A stretch of DNA of 53,619 bases, filler included, from Catajapyx aquilonaris (GCA_000934665.2; 2 parts of 2 records of this genome joined end to end with filler, not necessarily neighbours in it), one strand, 5' to 3'. Shown: positions 24,347 through 37,556, counted from the first letter of the whole stretch. Notes: generated by a model not told the origin, from the sequence alone. Numbers and translations are program-made.

Positions 24347-24909
24347 GTAAGTGCAAGCTTATTCTAAAAAGAATTATTATGACCAAACTGGAGTAGAATG
24401 GTTCCTTATGTGTCATTTGCATGCATGTGTATGAACATAGCTCTACCTGTGCTGTGAAACTGGATAACACTGAAATTCATGTTGTTTGCATGCTCCAGGT
24501 ACAAAATGGGGTGACCCATCTAGGACCACAAAAGGACCCGAGGCCCTTAATATGAGCTTGGGAGAATTAGGAACTCTTCTTGTTTCTGTATGATCATTTA
24601 CATGCTAATTCATTTATTGTCCTGTGCAAACATTGTTGTGTTGCTGTACTGGATTAAGAACGGTCATGATGGTGTTGGGAAGCCTCATGATGGTGTTGGG
24701 AAGCCGGAGAAGGGGCTAGGAGGGGGCAACCTTGAGCCAGTATGTGTTTGGAAGGGAGGTGAAAGGGAACCTAATTCAACAGCAGCTGAAAGGAAACTGA
24801 TTCAAAGCAGTCAAAAGGCAAATGCATTGAGTAACATTGTCAGGATTACGAGGGAAGGGGGAGCTAACCAATGTACTCATACCATTCTTGGTTCTCTTTT
24901 TATGAATAT

Positions 24910-25292
24910 CAGGGTGTTTCTAACTAGTCCAGCCAACGGCCTTCAGCGTATTCCTTGGGTCAAAACAAATCGAAAATGTAGGGGGGAGAAATGTCGAGGG
25001 ACCAACCATTAACGAGGTAGACGACCGGAATTCCGGAAATTGGTTGGTGGTTGCCGAAGTTGCAGGATATGAGCAGTGATAATCACTTCTGTGAAGGAGG
25101 TGACCTTGCAAATCCCAACAGTCGGCATTTTCATCTTTGTATCCTGCTCCTTCGGCAACCATTGACCAATGTTTCTGGTCAAGATCATTTTAACGGTTGC
25201 TACCTTGACATTTCTCCCCTCTACATTTTCGACTTCTTTCGGCTCAAGGAATACGCTGACGGCCGTTGGCTGGACTAGTAACAAACACCCTG
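24910..25292. mobile_element. Tc1/mariner-type MITE
   Basis: CAGGGTGTTT...AAACACCCTG-TA with ~110-bp imperfect inverted arms. Confidence 0.8.
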
Positions 25293-25395
25293 TATAATGA
25301 TGACTACAATGATGATAAACACCATGTAATTGGACACATTCACAGCATGTAAACTTGATTTCTGTCACTGAGAGCTAGGAAAACCATTTCATGTA

Positions 25396-25746
25396 TTTTT
25401 TTATTTTTTATTATGTACCCCGTTGTGGGCCTAAGCCCTATAGGGGGGTGGCTCACCACCATCAGTTTTCTATGTGTATTACACTTTTCTTCATAAACCG
25501 GTGCAAGGAGTCAAGGATGTCGGGTAGGGGAAGGGATTTTTGGGGAGGGAACGTAGGTGCAAGTGCAATGTCTACAACTGGGTCATGTGCTGTCCCCCAG
25601 GAGGTTAGGTTGCCAGACACCTCCTTGGTGCAGGTCAGAGACCCTCCTGACGCAGGCGAAAGGAAAGTTCCCCAGGCGGGGATCGAACCTGGGGCCTTTC
25701 GCTCAGCAAGCCGTGACGTTACCATCACGGCCACCACACCTCCCCC
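25396..25746 (-). mobile_element. tRNA-derived SINE with 17-bp TSD
   Basis: A box GGTGGCCGTGATGG, B box GGTTCGATCCC, A-rich tail; GAAAACCATTTCATGTA at 25379-25395 and 25747-25763. Confidence 0.92.
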
Positions 25747-25859
25747 GAAAACCATTTCATGTAAAACCTTGCTGTTTACCTGTTGTGGCCCTACTTGATT
25801 TAATACTTGCATTTTTCCCCATGAACTCTCCACATAGTCCGGACGCTAAGAGCCAATTT

Positions 25860-26778
25860 TGAGGCGAACCGTTCACTTTGTGAAGAAAGCATGAAATTTG
25901 GCATAGATGTAGAATAAACCGTACTCTTCAAATACAGATGTGGAGCCACGCGAGATTTTGCCCCGGAGGCGGGTTGGCTACCCTGAAGCGAGTGAAAAGT
26001 CTTTTTCTGAGCGAACTATGCTTCTTAGGCGGATATGTGCCAAACAAATGTTGTGGGGAAACATGTATCCTACAAAAAGTATATAGTAACCTTTCCACGT
26101 ACGGTCCGTATTTTCGGAGCTACAGCGACTTGAACCAAATTACGGGACGAAAAAAAAGTCAACCGTGCATTGGTGAAATTTGGTAAGAATGTCCCTCAGA
26201 CCATACTCTTCCAATCCAGATATGGCGCCACGGCCGTTTTCGTCCTGGAGGCCCGTAATTGCGGGTTGGCTACCTTGAAGCGAGTTGAAAGTATTTTCTG
26301 AGCGAACTATACTTCTCAGGAGGAAATGTGCCAAACAAAGGTTGTACAGAACCATGTATTCTACAAAAAGGTGTAAGTACATTTTCCACGTAGAGTACTT
26401 ATTTTCAGAGCTACAGTGACTTGAACCCATAGTCATGGAATTAAGGGAATTAAGGGTCAACCATGCACTTTGGTGATGAAAGGATGAAATTTGGTAAGAA
26501 TGTCCCTGAGACCATACTCTTCCAATCCAGATGTGGAGCCACCCCAGTTTTCGCCCCGGAGGCCCGTAATTGCCAGTTGGCTACCCTTCAGCGAGTGAAA
26601 AGTATTTTTCAAGTCACTGCAGCTCTGAAAATAAGGACTCTAAGTGGAAAATGTACTTATACCTTTTTGTAGAATACATGTTTCTGTACAACCTTTGTTT
26701 GGCACATTTCCTCCTGAGAAGCATAGTTCGCTCAGAAAATACTTTCAACTCGCTTCAAGGTAGCCAACTCGCAATTAC
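25860..26778. repeat. Tandem ~300-bp units followed by an inverted copy (foldback-like transposon internal repeats)
   Basis: TGAAATTTGG..AGA...ACTCTT..AA..CAGAT recurs at ~25890, ~26173 and ~26485. 26612-26778 is the reverse complement of ~26256-26422. Confidence 0.8.
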
Positions 26779-26878
26779 NNNNNNNNNNNNNNNNNNNNNN
26801 NNNNNNNNNNNNNNNNNNNNNNTTAATTAATTAANNNNNNNNNNNNNNNNNNNNNNNNNNNNNNNNNNNNNNNNNNNN

Positions 26879-27190
26879 GTTACAGGCATATGAAACCGCT
26901 CTTTTCACGCCTTTACTGAGACACTTACAGGAACATGAAACGTGCTCTTTTCACGCCTTTACTAGAACAGTTACAGGCATATGAAACCTGCTCTTTTCAC
27001 GCCTTTACTGGGACACTTACAGTAACATGAAACCTACCCTTTTCACGCCTTTACTGGGACACTTACTGGAACAAGAAACCTGCTCTTTTCATGCCTTTAC
27101 TAGAACAGTACAGGCATATGAAAGCTGCCATTTGACGCCTTTACTGGAACATTTACCGGTACATGAAACCTGCACTTTTCACACCTTCAC
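26879..27190. repeat. ~39-bp minisatellite array next to an assembly gap
   Basis: About 8 units of GCCTTTACT(G/A)G(G/A)ACA..TACAGG..CATGAAACC.GCTCTTTTCAC. Confidence 0.9.
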
Positions 27191-27879
27191 TCAGAGGAGT
27201 GAACCATCTGAAATATATCGTTTACGTGATTATGTTGAATGGTTACAGCTTACATGAGCATGATAGGTGTACTTGCACCATATCTTATACTGTACATAAC
27301 ATTATATACTGACATTACTATTAATACTGTACATAACATTATATACTGACATTACTATTAATATTTTGGGACTATCATTATACCCACCTGTAAATTCAAA
27401 ATAATAATGTTCCGCATACTGCAGGATGCATGTAGGCCTAATTACTCTAATCATCCCATTCGTACTATCATCATTCATTGCCAATGGACACTGCGGTGAG
27501 AATCAGGTGAATCAGGAGTTAGTTGACTGAATTGTTTCGAAACTAAATATTTACTCGAAGTGAAAAAATGTCTTCATTGTACACTCTAAAACCCATAACA
27601 AAACTTTCCTGAAATAAAGTTTTCACGTAAGCATGTGAAGTTCTCATAAAGGAGAGATTTACTACACATAAAAATTAATTACTCATGCATGAAGTATTAT
27701 GAGTAAATAATTATAATGCCATATATTCCTCATGCGATTTTATTGATTTTCTTTCACGCCTTTACAATCGCCCACACATTTGAATGTGGAGCAGGCCGTG
27801 ATGACATGGATTCCCCTGTTACCCTTTTAACGAGCAGGGATTTTTCCCTCTGGTTTGTACAGTGTGCATAATAAAAATT

Positions 27880-29900
27880 GTCCAAGTACCGGAGCACTGT
27901 AGGCTAGATTCGAAAAAACGTGATCGAAAATACTTTTTCCACTGTTTTTGTAAATACTTCGAAACACCGTCAATGAAACTCAAGTTCGTGTGGGGCCTCA
28001 CGTGATTCTTAGTTCTACCATACCTATTGTATGTAAATTGTTTCATGCTGTCGAAGTCAGACAAAAACGGGCATTTTTGAGCAGGATTTTTTTTTCTTGA
28101 AAATGCCCTTATAAACTATGATTGTATTCAGTCGTAGAAAAGTATTTTGAACATGCGAGTACCTTCTCTTGTAGAGCTTTCCTTGACGAACAATATGATG
28201 TCTGAAATGAGTAACTATTACGTTCCTATTTTCCGGGGAGTGGGGAAACCCGAAACCTTTTTTTCCAGCTCTTCGTACGATAAAATCTTCCCTGCAAAAG
28301 CGGCTAACAACGGCTGACTCATAAAATTGGTCTCATGATGACCGTCTTGGTGTATAGTAACTAGCCCAATATATTCTAGCTGCTACTGGCCGCTACTCGT
28401 CATTTTATAAATGAAAACACCTGGCTGGTGCGTAGGAAACAGGCCACCAGTCGTGGGATAGAATCGAAAATAATTGCTGTTAATGAATTCGCTTAAGCTG
28501 GTAGAAATTATGTCTTCCTAAGTTTTCGTGATCGCCGATTTCGATTTTGAGGTTATTTTCAACACAGCACTACAGGGTGTACCAAAAACGCGATCAAATG
28601 TTATAAAACCTGACTGAAACAGTTCAATGAAGTAAAAATGCTGTCTCCTTATGTGTTCCCAGTTGATTATTTAGAATTTAGATTGTCAATATGTTTTGAA
28701 CACAGGACGACAGGGTGTACCAAAAATCACAATATCACGTTACATGGTCATAATTGAACCGTTGCATTAGGTAAAAATGAGGTTTCCATGTGTTTACGAT
28801 GCCACTGATTCAGGCTGTCCGGCTATTTACAACCCACAACTATAGGGTGTACCAAAAACACGATAGAAAACTATCAGAGGATATGGCTAAATTTGCAATC
28901 AAAGAAATGTGCATATCATATGAAATTATGCAAGGTTCAAATACATAAAGAAATACAACATAAATGCTAAGCCTGTATTCTACAAGATAATTATGCTGTA
29001 ATTTGGTCATGATTCACCGTCACTTATTAACTAATCCCAAAACAGAAACACTCCGTAAATCGAGTAAGCTCTATTTGTAGAGTATATCGGGAATTCATTG
29101 ATGGAAATCGTAAGTGCAGAATTTTGTAACACGTAATGTTTGTACAGTAGGTTATATCTGAAAATAAAGGTGTGCAATGATTATGTGTGTCTGTTATTAT
29201 TCCACGAACTTTTAAATACCAACTTGTTTGTCACACACTCATATAATACAAACAAATGTGCCTACTCCCCGGTGGATGTGATCCAGCCAAAGTTGTTTGC
29301 TACTTATCTCGGGCCCCCTTTTCAAAGCCGAAGAAATTTTTTTCGTAATGGACAGGTTTCATTGTATTTCTTTATGCATTTGAACATTTCATAATTATTT
29401 TGCATAATATGCACATTTTTTGAATTAAAATTTTGCCGTCTTCTCTGATATTATTCGATCGTGTTTTTGGTACACCCTGTAGTGTTTGGTTGTAAGTAGC
29501 CTGAAAATCAGAATCAGTGACCGCGAAATCATACAGAACCTAATTTTTAGCTAATGCAACCGTTAAGTTACGGAATTATAACTTTAATGTTGTGATTTTT
29601 GCTACACCCTGTAGTTCTACGTTCTAGATTTCTTGACAATCTAAGTTCTAAATAATCTACCGGGAAAACATAGGGAGACTTCATTCTTACCTCATTGAAT
29701 CGTTTAATTATTGTTTTGTAACTTTCCATAGTTTTTTTGGTACACCCGGTAGTGCTACGTTAAAAATAACCTCAAAATCGAAATCAGCGACTACGAAAAC
29801 ATTGGATGACATTTTTTTTACCTGCTTAAACGGCTTAATTAATGCGCTATTATTTTCGATCATGTTTTTTCGATTCTAGCCTACAGTGCGGAGGTACTCC
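27880..29900. mobile_element. Degenerate long inverted-repeat DNA element with internal CAGGGTGTACCAAAAA repeats
   Basis: ~28480-28870 pairs with ~29450-29845 in reverse; 27895-27935 pairs with 29850-29890. Confidence 0.65.
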
Positions 29901-31159
29901 GTTGCCTTCTGCGCCCTCCATGACAGACACTTGGTGGAGAAAATTTTTCTTGGTGGTCGACCATGGACCATCCTCACTCTCTTCCTCCCCACTCTCCTCA
30001 CTGCTCATTATTTCCAATGAGAGAAGGTTCAAGATCTTTTCTTTCTTCGGTTCACTGATGTCATCAAAAACATCTTTGTGTTTCGACGCCCTCACGCGCC
30101 TACCAAGTTTCTGAAAAGTGTCATATGAATAATTGGCACTGTTGAATTAAATACGCACACAGGNGCACTATGTGAAGTCGTAAAGGGCGGGAAGGAAGCC
30201 CGCCGCAGACGAATCTTTTGGAGGGGGTTCAAGGTCACACAACCTTAGGTAAATGTGAGAGATTTGATGAAATTGGTAGCCCTACTTTTTCCAAAATAAA
30301 TCATGAATTTGTAATTTGTAATGCTATTTCAAACATTTCAAACAAATTTTTAACAAATAAAAAAAGGTGGCACGGTTTGTGTGAGGGGTGTGCGCAAGTG
30401 GGTGGGGGGTTGTTAAGGGGTGTTGGGGGTGTGTGGATAAATTCCTGCACACACAATGCCTCAATTGACAGCAGAGTGTGCTTTAAAGCTTTTCCTATGG
30501 AATTTTACGATTTTACCAGTTGCATTTCATAGAATGATTATCCTCATCTCCCATGACCAAAAAGAAAATAATATGGAAGCCAGATCAAGAGTCAGATCGT
30601 ACTTCTTGGAATGGTCGACGTAACATCCAACGGATGTATGGGTCGGGATGCATGCTTGTATGTACGCATGACAGGTTATTCCAAACGGAAAGGATAGAAG
30701 GGAAAGGATTAAATTGGGTTGTGGTTTCAAGGTGAAACACAGGGTAAAAGGAAGTTCCGATGGTGGGATTTCCACGGAAGGTGTTCGTAGGAGAACGAAT
30801 GGTCGTACGCATCAGGAGTGGAGTATACACATCCAACGTACGTAGAAAGGAATTGGTATCCATAGGAAAGGGTAATATTGTAGGTAAGGGTAGGAGGGAA
30901 AAAGGAAAAGGGTAAAACTGACCGAGTAATGTCAGTGAAGGTGTGAAAGGAAACGGACAATCCTGGACGGGTCCGTAACAGCATACGCAGTCGAACTGAG
31001 GTCGACACTCTCAGAGGAGTTTATATGCGTAGCAGTGATACTACAGAACAATACGGGCATCCGCAAAAGTTCTCGTAAGAACTGCGGTTAGCACAGAAAA
31101 CCTCTTAGGTTCCGTGTTCAGTACAGCACCACGTACTGTAAGAGCACATACTTTTAGCA

Positions 31160-31177
31160 ATCCCACTTCTGACACCA
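31160..31177 (-). promoter_or_regulatory. Primer-binding site complementary to the tRNA-Leu 3' end
   Basis: TGGTGTCAGAAGTGGGAT on the minus strand. Confidence 0.9.
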
Positions 31178-31181
31178 CTTT

Positions 31182-31584
31182 TGTGTGACCGAGCGGAGGG
31201 TGGTTGCTAAAGTAAACAGAGGCTTACGTATAGTCTGAGTATTTATTCACTGCGTCAAAAGGGAAAGAGGGACAACTTAGGAGAGGTAAGGTTGCGACCG
31301 TAGGCATACCAACAGTTCTATGGCAGCCGTAGGTCTGACCAGCGGTTTCCCCGGTAGGAGAAAACCAAGGCCCTGTCCAATGGGCTTCCCCAGCAGGGGC
31401 AAAACCCGAAGCCCCCCGACCCCCCAGCCAGGATATTCTCCTGAGCTGGAAGAGGTCTCGAATGACAGGCTCCCATGGCTTATATAGTCTCCAAAACAAC
31501 CGCAAAGCATGATGGGACTTTTGACAGTAACCAATTAGAGACGGGCACGTACAAAGTGTCGTAACAGGTGGGGAGGAGCTTACA
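31182..31584 (-). mobile_element. 5' LTR of a Ty3/Gypsy retrotransposon; leader extends to ~30530, no gag/pol seen
   Basis: Minus strand TGTAAG...CACA, with TATATAA (~31480) and AATAAA (~31245), followed 4 nt later by a PBS. Confidence 0.85.
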
Positions 31585-34270
31585 CGTCATTCAAGGTTGG
31601 AGAGATAGGACAGTCAAATGGAGCTAGTACTGTCACACTCTCAATCTTCGGATAGGATTTTAGTGTTCTCGTATTCTTTATTAATTTCCAAAACTGGGCA
31701 GGCTCACTGGTGGAGAGCAATTGATCCCTAAGTGTGAACGAATAATACCTTTTTTTCTTCGCGGCAATGAGATTCCTATACATTCTTTTATGGCCATAAA
31801 AGACTAATTTATCTTCCGCACTATACGAGGAAGTCCATGCCTTCAGTGCAGCAGCCATGGTATTTTTTGCTATCTGAATGTCTGCATCAAACCATGGTGC
31901 TCGCTTGTTCCTACAGTGGCTGGGGTTCCTAGCAGTTCCCACAAACAACAGGCCATACTCTTTGAGAATGTCCTGGACTGCAGAACAAAATTTTGTGATA
32001 CAGCAATGGAGTTCACTGGACCAATCCTGCCGTGCAAGGACCTCATCTAATGCATCTTCCAAAAAACCGAAACCTCCGTCTGGTTTGATTAGCTTCATTT
32101 TGGTAGTATGCTCCGGTGCAGTTGGTAAGGCTAATTGTATGTCTAATTTCCCGGTAAGGCAGAAGTGGTCAGAATTAGTACGTGGCGTCACGTTGAAGTC
32201 CATACAGGAAGGAGTCAGTCAGATTTTGAGAAGTGATAATATAATCGATCGTGCTCTGCCCTCTAGGGCTCACGAACGTAAATGCGCCCGGAATATCAGA
32301 CGGAAGTGAACCATTTAATATGTTGTATAACGAATGAGTATCTATCAATTCCAGCAACTCCCTGCCTCTCGTATTTGTTTGTGTATCACGAGAAATACGG
32401 GTACAGAAAAAAGAAGACAACGCATCATTCTGAACAAATCCTTGATTTGAGGCTACTCTGGCATTAAAGTCTCCTAAGAGGATAATAGGTGTACCAATTT
32501 CATTACAGTTTCTCAAGGGTCCCACCCAAGCTTGAGAGGCTCCCTCAATGTTAGGCTCGGTGGGATATATACAAAAAAGAGGGCGCACTTTGAACCCCTA
32601 AAGTCATTGAATTCCAAGGCTGTATGTGCAGGGCTGGAGCTAATTAACTTGGGGCACGTGGATCGATTAATCAACAATAACAAACCTCCTGCCGCACGGC
32701 CGAATCTCGATGACCGAACAGCACCACATTGAAATACACTATACCATTCTAGGCTAGAAAATCCTTGAGTGTCATGTTCTAACCAGGTTTCAGAAAAACA
32801 AGTACCGGTAATATGGGGGGCAGGGGTAGTTTCCAAGCAAAGGTTCCAAGCCTCACGGGGGTTCATGCCCGCAATGTTCCAGCTGCTAATAACGAAGGCT
32901 TGTGAGCTGCGACCCACACTGAGTGGAGGGGGGGTGAAGGTGGGTGGGGCTCACTATTTGGGTAGTGCTTCTTTTTTTTTTGCCAATGAAGCGGGATGCA
33001 CTACAGAAACACTAGGAACACTATTTACAAACGCGGGAACATATTGCCGCACTGTCATGGGTTGTGACCCGGCGCATCCTCATTCCGAATGGCTATCTCC
33101 GTCTTGGTCCTGTAGAGATGGTATCACCGAAGCGGAGTTTTTGAAAAAGCTGGCTGAATCAATACGATGCACGCGGCCTTGACCACTGCTGGATGGCACA
33201 TCTGGCAGGCCGGCAGGTGTCGTCTGCTCCACTATTGAGGAAAGCGCAGGAGTAGCTAATGGGGGATTTTTAGAGGTGCGGGGGAGTTTCGGTGGGTATG
33301 CATTCGAGGGGGGGGGGGAGCACTTTCACTTGATTCACTCCTAGAGTGCTGCCCATCTTCTGCAATGCTCACCACCACTGCTGCATAGCTACCCGACATT
33401 GCTTTCTGGATCTTCTTCGGCACTTCCGGCGAGACAGAAATGTTCCTCTTCCCTCCTCCTTCGCGTTGAGAATTGGCAGCCGGGCCATCGGGCACATCAT
33501 GATGAATCGGCGCCTGACGACCATTCACCAGTTTACCCCCCTCCATCCAATGGGGCACATTATCGATCAGCAGGGTTTCCATTCTAAGGACGGCCTTCTT
33601 GTTCATCTTCTTGGCCTCGATCAAGTGGGGCATCAGAGCTTTCTTATGTCTCGTGTCTCCTGTGCAAAGTCCTCACTGATTGACAGGCTCGATCTCTTTA
33701 ATTGCCGTGCGTTGCTCTGCACTAGACTTTTTGTCTTTGAACTTGAGAAACATCATTATTATCGGACGTTTCCCCGGTCGTTTCCCCAGCCTGTGGACCC
33801 TCTGGAACTCCACGTTGTTGGGGTCTGGATGGAGTCGGAAATCTGCTAGCACCTTCCTCACCCTTTTCTCCGATTCCTCCCAGGATTCCAGCTGATGGTC
33901 CAGCACCCCGAACAGGATCAGGTTAGACCTTCTTGATTGGTTTTCCAGGGACGTGACCTTCTGCTGTAAGTAATCCAGGTCACTTCGAAGTAAGCGGTTC
34001 TCGTTCTCCAGGAACGAAGTGCGTTGCAGGTTCGTAACCAGGTCCCCACGAAGATCTGCAAAACTGGCGGCGACCTTCTCCTCCAGCTTGTTAACACAGT
34101 CTTGGGTATCCTTTAGGAGCAGCATCCTTAGGTCGGTCTTCAATGTCTCCAACGCAGCTGATAGGTCCCGGGCAGTAATAGCTGCCATGGTGCCAGTGCT
34201 ACACTCCGCGGCGCACCGGAAAATGTGGGCGTCAAATGCAGAGTAGGGAACAGGGAGCGAGCCAAGAGAA
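31585..34270 (-). mobile_element. LINE 5' half: L1-like ORF1 and APE endonuclease of ORF2, frameshifted and cut before the RT domain by the LTR
   Basis: ORF1: coiled coil, LENQSRRSNLILFGV, RVHRLG, RPIIMMF (33256-34188). ORF2: SWNIAG, SETWL, GRAAGG, VYIPP, LGDFNA, STIDY, SDH, APWFD (31585-32917). Confidence 0.92.
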
Positions 34271-34392
34271 CGACCGCACTGCACGAAAGCCCAGAGGCGT
34301 GTGTGGCACAACTCCATTATTATCTGCTTCCATATCTGTACCAAATAAAAAAAGGAATAAAACTTGTACAATGGAATAGTTTGCATCTGAAT

Positions 34393-34690
34393 TTATTGCT
34401 TCTTCAAATTATTAACAAGTTGGCTCATAATTTCCATTATGGCCGAATTTTGTTCCGCCATCCTTTCCTCTTGGTGGGGATAAGACGGGTGAGGGAGCGA
34501 ACGGGGACGGGGCCGAGGTTGTAGTATCACTGTCAAGGAGTAAGCGAGCGGCGGCAGGAAATGACATGACCAGGTGGCTGGAGACATTTTCAGCAGAAAA
34601 AAAAGAAAAGGGACGAGGAGAAACTGGAGTTGAGGAAAAAGGAACACTAGACCTGGAGGAGCGAAGGTGGAAGGTGGAAGAAGCCCGGGT
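34393..34690. pseudogene. Fragments of a coiled-coil C-terminus, possibly from a transposon accessory (MADF/SANT-type) gene, in two orientations
   Basis: Plus strand gives ...EEKLELRKK..LDLEERRWKVEEAR; minus strand gives QEERMAEQNSAIMEIMSQLVNNLKKQ*. Confidence 0.4.
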
Positions 34691-35332
34691 GCAACCTTAT
34701 TACCTTATTTACCTGCGAATCTTTCCATTATCCATCTCATTACCTTTTCTATTACCTATTACCCTATTACCTTTTGTTTATGTATTCGGCGGCTGTGTAG
34801 ATTCGTTCATGTCGGGACACAGCCCTCTCTATGGCCGCGAAATCAGCATCGCAGGGCATAAAAGAGTGTCCACGCACAGGGGAAAAAAATGTTTCACTAT
34901 TTTAAAACGGCCAAGCTTCACGAGAGAATAAAAATATGCCTTAACTGTTCTGTTCCTGTTCTGGCCTGTGCATGCGTCAGAAAACCTGTTAAAACCTTAA
35001 AACCTTAAGATCGGTTGGTAAGAGATGGTAATGTACTGTGGAGCCTACATTTATTATTACAGTTACAATGTACAAATACCTAGAGATTCTGCTTTCCATA
35101 TGCTTACAATGCACACTACTGCATACTGATTAATTAAGCTATCCACAAAAATGAAAAATTAGCTTATCCATAAGTTATGAAGGACCAAAAAAAACTAACA
35201 TAACGTACATTACAATACATACATTATTTATACACCCATACATAATTTTTTCTGTGATGTTACTAACTTAACACCAAGTTCATGTATTCATCAAGTATTG
35301 AATTAGCCATTCCATTACTAATTATGTACTCA

Positions 35333-36820
35333 CTACTGGAAACGACTGTTAATTATGGATTGCCTGACCAGTTCTCCCCTCCTCCGCATCGAGTCCCTTT
35401 CCCGGTCGCTCGGAGCAAAGATGGTGCAGGTTGGTTCGGGATGCTCTGGAGGCACTGGATCTTCACCATCAAGTTGTGGGTCTGGAAGCCCATGCTCTAT
35501 GCGCAAATTGTGTAACACTGCACAAGCATTGGCGACCAAACCCACCTTGTTGGGGTGAAGATGCAGGGTGCGATGGCGGAGAAGGCAGCGAAACCTCGAC
35601 TTGAGTACGCCAAAGCACTTCTCCACCAACCCACGCACCTTGCATAGTGCTTTGTTGTACTGGCCCTCCGGGGTCTCAGGTTCCGGATGATTGCTGATGG
35701 GCACCATCAGCCACGGCTCCAAGGGAAAGCCACTGTCCCCTATGTCAAATATGAAGTGGTTAGCACTCTTTGCAGCACATAAGGAAATAGTCACAGGCAA
35801 GATAAAAATATCCTGGATTATGGCATTTTCAGTTGCAGATATATTGCTTTCCAACTTTTACCGCAAACCTTGCAATAAAGCGACACAAGAAAGGTACAGA
35901 AGTCCAAGTGACAAATTTCATTGCTGGTTGAAAGTATTTACTTACCCAGCAACCAACCTTCACCTCCAAGGCCACCCTGCTGAAAGTGTTGCCGCAGGGA
36001 ACAGAAGCGCCAAATGAATGCATCGTGTACTGACCCCGGGTACCTCGCCGAGAACCACAAAATTTTGTACTTTACATCACACACCTGCAGAAATTTGCCA
36101 CTGTTAGCACTCTCTCCACTTCATTGACAGGAATCTATTGACTAACTTACTGCCAGGGCGTTTACAGAGTGATACCCCTTTCGGTTGACGAACATGTGTT
36201 CTGGGGATCGTCCAATCTGAGCAAGGTGACTCCTATCAATCAGCCCGACCACACCAGGGAACCCTTGCTTCAAATTCCTGACTTCCTGTGGGGTGCGGGG
36301 GTATCTTATCCACTGCGGGGCTAGGTGATGGTCAATGGCTGTGGTGACTGAGGTTACCACGTTGCTCACTGTTGACTGTGAAACCCCATGGTACAGGTTG
36401 GCCGCAATCTCTTCTTGATAGGACCCTGCGGCATAAAACCGCAGGGCAATCAGCATCTGCAAAATAGTGGATGCAGCACATGCTTTAATTTCAATTTTCA
36501 TACACTTCTTGATCATACACTACCGTACTACCAACCTTTGCCTCGACACTGAGTGCAATGCGGCATACCCTTTTGGCTTCTAGTGTAGGCCGGAGCTGCT
36601 CGCACAACCAGAGCACCAGCTCCTTGGACAGCCGGTATCTCCTCCGGAACTGGATGTCGGTCGGTACCTGGAAGGCGTCCGGCCTGTCGTGAAAGAGCCT
36701 GACCGGCCGTTCTGGGCGTTTGCTGGCGATGTCCGCGAGGCGGAGGAGGAGAAGATCATCGTCATCGTCGTCGTCGTCCCGTAGACGCCGCTTCATGGCC
36801 CGATTGACGTTGACCGCCAT
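35333..36820 (-). CDS. PIF/Harbinger (HARBI1-like) DDE transposase, 4 exons: 36820-36536, 36456-36151, 36084-35946, 35739-35333; 378 aa
   Basis: FRRRYRLSK, ALRFYAAGSYQ, GVSQSTVS, FPGVVGLID, NRKGYHSVN, YPGSVHDA, LLGDSGFP, VEKCFGVLKSRFRCL, CAVLHN. All introns are GT-AG with consistent phases and no stops. Confidence 0.93.
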
Positions 36821-37426
36821 TCGATACGGTGTAAGATACGGTGTAAGAAGGCAAGCACTGTCCGGCGTCCGGCAGCCTTTCAACCGCGTTCGGCGGGTTG
36901 GGATCAACCGAGCAGAAAGTGCCGATTCCGTTAACCGAGGGGGCCGGAAAATACCACGAAAATGCAGAGAAAGGAGCAACCGAGTAAGCGGGTAGGGGGC
37001 GCGGCCTAACCCGCCAGCCCTCCAATCCCGGGATAGAGCGCGGATCGGTTCACGTCATTTTGACGTCACGCACGGTTGCACGAAAATAAGCCTCCAGGGA
37101 CCTACGAGGAGGGGGAGGAGGCAGAGTCAGGAGGAGGGAGGGGTGGAGAAATGGTGGGGGTGGGTGCTGGATTGACTCAGGTGCTGGAGCTGGAGGTGCA
37201 GCTGCCGCCTGACGAGCCACCGTCTGCTTCCATCTTCCTTCGGCTGCCACCCGGATCTCCTCCCTGGCTGCTTTCTGGCGGAGGTAAGCTGGGTTCGATT
37301 CCCTCGCCTTCTTCAACGCCTGCTTCACCTTCCGTTTCCGTCCGCCCCGGCAACCACGCTTCCGCCAATGTCCTTTCGCTGATGGCATCGGCTGGTGCGT
37401 CCTCGGCACTGGCGACTGGACAGGGG

Positions 37427-37556
37427 AGCAGCCCCGAAGAGCGCTTTTGGTCTGGTCAAGCTAGACCCTGCAGCTCCGAAGAGCGCTGGGTCAAGGGAGA
37501 GGTCAGAGGTCAAGCTAGACCCTCGAATAAATCGAAGCAGCCCCGAAGAGCGCTGG
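37427..37556. repeat. Interspersed short direct repeats in a GC-rich element
   Basis: GCAGC(C/T)CCGAAGAGCGCT x3 and GGTCAAGCTAGACCCT x2. Confidence 0.8.

Noticed and set aside
24664..24705. 21-bp tandem duplication, and a 39-bp one near 27290-27365
   Set aside because: Ordinary local slippage duplications with no further structure.
26779..26878. TTAATTAATTAA between N runs
   Set aside because: Looks like an artificial scaffolding spacer with stops in all frames, not biology.
26879..27190. CRISPR-like periodic array
   Set aside because: Units are contiguous and degenerate, with no unique spacers and no cas genes; eukaryotic minisatellite.
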